Shown here piece after piece: positions 61,711-64,000 of a stretch of DNA of 64,000 nucleotides (position 1 is the stretch's first letter; every line of letters starts with the position of its first letter). Under the pieces are notes generated by a model, which was not told where the DNA came from, did not search any database, and saw nothing but the letters and a program-made list of their open reading frames with translations. The position numbers were made by a program, and so were the translations under genes. Source of the stretch: Lingula anatina (taxonomy: Eukaryota > Animalia > Brachiopoda); assembly GCA_051362555.1 (NCBI GenBank), contig JBPQGU010000016.1, positions 372,001 to 436,000 of the forward strand. Reading direction: 5' to 3'.

Positions 61711-62731
61711 CAGACTTGATATATAGTATTTTTTTTTCCAAATCATTTTTCATCAGTTTTTTTTTTCCGATTTTGCTGACTTATAAATGAAAATAAGAAT
61801 TAAAATATACGATAACTTTTAAAAATCTCTTTGTTGTCACAGCAACGGTCACTGTTACGCCTGACCTCATCTGGCTGCTTCCATGGCTCTCAAGCGGCAA
61901 GGGATTCCTTGGGATAGGTTTTTAGAGTTTAATCCAGAATAACATTCCCGGCATCGGTCAAAACTTGCCCAATTTGGTTCAGTTTTGTTGTAGGCCGTTG
62001 ATTCGACTAGTAATAGTCTATCCACATATTTTCTATATAACTGCTCATTCCGTTGGTTCTGTAAAGTATCTGCTAAAAATTAAAAGTGCCCTTTGTGAAC
62101 TGATAATCCCATCGTGCAACCTGAAATTGCTCCTAAGGCCCCCCCCCCCAATCAAATGATAGTCACGTGGTTCCCTGAATATTACACTTTATTTGATGTG
62201 GTTCAGGATTTCATCGATGACTGCCATTGGTGTTTAAATTGGCATCAGTGTGATATCCACTGACGCTGTCAGTGACCCTAGTCACTTTAGACGCGGTACA
62301 CGCCTCTTCAGGATGTCTGTTAACTATGTTTTGAGTAGTTGAGCGGTAAGGGTGAAATCTGACCTCAATAAAGAAAGCCGGGCGGTTTAAGTGTTCTACC
62401 CAGAAACGGTCATGGTTCCCAATTCATTAGAGAAACAGACGAAGATGTTTTACTGTTTACAGTGTCTTCCTCAGAGGTATTCTAACCTGCTAAATCCAGT
62501 TTGGTGTTTGCTAATGGCCTTGAAAAAGACGTTTTGGCGGCAACTTGTCCCTCATTCTGAACTGACTGGGTGGCTTTTGTTCAGTTGCATATATTTTGTA
62601 GCGACACACCTAACCATACAATTTTTTTTCACATATCTAATATGAGATCAGAGTTTTTAGAAAAAAAAAGAACGCATTTTACTTAGGTATACCTTTGAAA
62701 CTGAAACATTTCATATTAAATGTCAAGTCTG
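61711..62731 (-). mobile_element. Internally deleted Tc1 family B copy, inverted relative to 13134-14794
   Basis: CAGACTTGA left end; ATATTAAATGTCAAGTCTG+TA right end; reverse-complement matches to the 13134-14794 interior. Confidence 0.87.
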
Positions 62732-62799
62732 TATATAAATTATGTTGCACGTTTGCCCAGGGCCACTAGTGCTCTAGAAATTCACATATTATGTCAAGT

Positions 62800-64000
62800 A
62801 GACTAAGTGTTAAAGAGACAAAACGATTATCGATGTGCGATTATCGATGAGCCACAATCCCCCCACCCTCACCCCCCCACCCCCCACCCTCACTGCACTT
62901 CTGCATGAACACGTATCAAATAAGTGGCAAATTAATTTTGGTGAAAGTTATTCTTAATTACTGTGGATTGTGATTTTCAAGTTTTATCAACTTCTTGGAT
63001 TTCTGAATAGATGATTTCATTGCCAGCGTATCATATAAGTACTCGTATCAAATAAGTGCTAAATTAATTTTGGTGCAAGTAGTTATTGTAAATTACTGTG
63101 AATTATGATTTTCAAGTTTTTTTAAGTTTCAAGTTGTTTTCAAGTTGACTGATTTGTGAATAGATGATTTCAACGCCAACTGTGGTCACTCCCCCCCCCC
63201 CCCCCCCCCCCCCCTCAATGGCATATCATTGTTGGCCGGTAACATTTAGGACCGATTTATTAAAAACAATCCCATTTTCCATATCTAGATAACCTACATA
63301 TATTTCACCAGATATATCGTTTTAATGTGTCAAACTGACGGTTTTGCTGATAAGCTTTGGAATATGAGCAATCAAGCACTCCAGACTGACTACCAATTTA
63401 GATACGGTAATTGTTTGCTGATGTTTATATTGTAAACAAATACAGCACCAGCTGTAGCGGCGGTTAAGCACAGTATATCTGAAACGTTCACGCAATATAT
63501 TTAGAGGCCAATATGATTATATACCGAGAGAGAGCGAGAGAGAGAGAGAGAGAGAGAGTAGAATTTGGCCAAAGACGATACGTAGGCTATACATGAATTC
63601 GGGTCTGGAGGGATACAGCTTGGCCTGGGTTCCTTTACACCCCTGTGTGTAGTATAACCTGGAACAGTCTATGACCTGATGTACTCTGGCCAAGGTCAAG
63701 CAATACCCGGATTTCCTCTATTTACTCTGGGCAAGGGTTATTTGGCTTTTTGCGCGACACCAGTGCCTTCGTATAATTGTAGGTGCAATTCGTAAGATAG
63801 CAAAGAAAGTTGGGACGAGTGAAATGGGGCACGTTGTGGCTCTCTTCACAGGTGCCGATTCAATAAAAAAAAATTATGACAGTCTTCCAAATTATCTTTG
63901 TTGATACATCTTTTTGACCGTCTTCCATTTCAGTCGATGAAAAACGATGGGGAAAAGAAACCATGGTATAAAGTCTAATCTCGAGAGAGAGGATAACTTT
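62800..64000. other. Gene 4 intron sequence paralogous to the introns of genes 2 and 1
   Basis: Colinear matches to 11860-13000 and ~15096 (AAAGAGACAAAACG, CACGTATCAAATAA, GCGGTTAAGCACA, TACTCTGGGCA, GAAATGGGGCACGTT, TCTCGAGAGAGA...ATAACTTT). Confidence 0.8.

Noticed and set aside
62911-63172. ~130-bp local tandem duplication in the gene 4 intron
   Set aside because: Real (single copy at ~12250 in gene 2) but ordinary intron turnover

Overview
Eukaryotic, AT-rich, repeat-rich animal (invertebrate-type) genomic DNA. The main content is a tandem cluster of four minus-strand paralogues of a ~410-425 aa type II membrane protein with a GT-A glycosyltransferase-like DDD motif. Each CDS lies in one exon, and a conserved 5' non-coding exon is visible for copies 1 and 2. 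Copy 1 is frameshifted in its membrane anchor. Three of the four genes have the same ~1.4-kb repeat family on their 3' side. Next to gene 4 it is expanded into a 23-kb macrosatellite (34386-57643; 16 units plus a 432-bp internal triplication). Every full unit carries a ~105-nt tRNA-like Pol III module: A box, B box, an anticodon stem holding a 23-nt intron-like insert, and a long variable arm. A hairpin and a TTTT terminator follow the module. The rest is transposon debris: decayed Tc1 elements (one a tail-to-tail foldback), a pogo fragment, an L2/CR1 3' end, nested MITEs, a MITE family with 6-bp TSDs, a Helentron-like insert and microsatellites. The many short ORFs repeated in the array are not considered genes. 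All calls come from manual reading; no searches were run.
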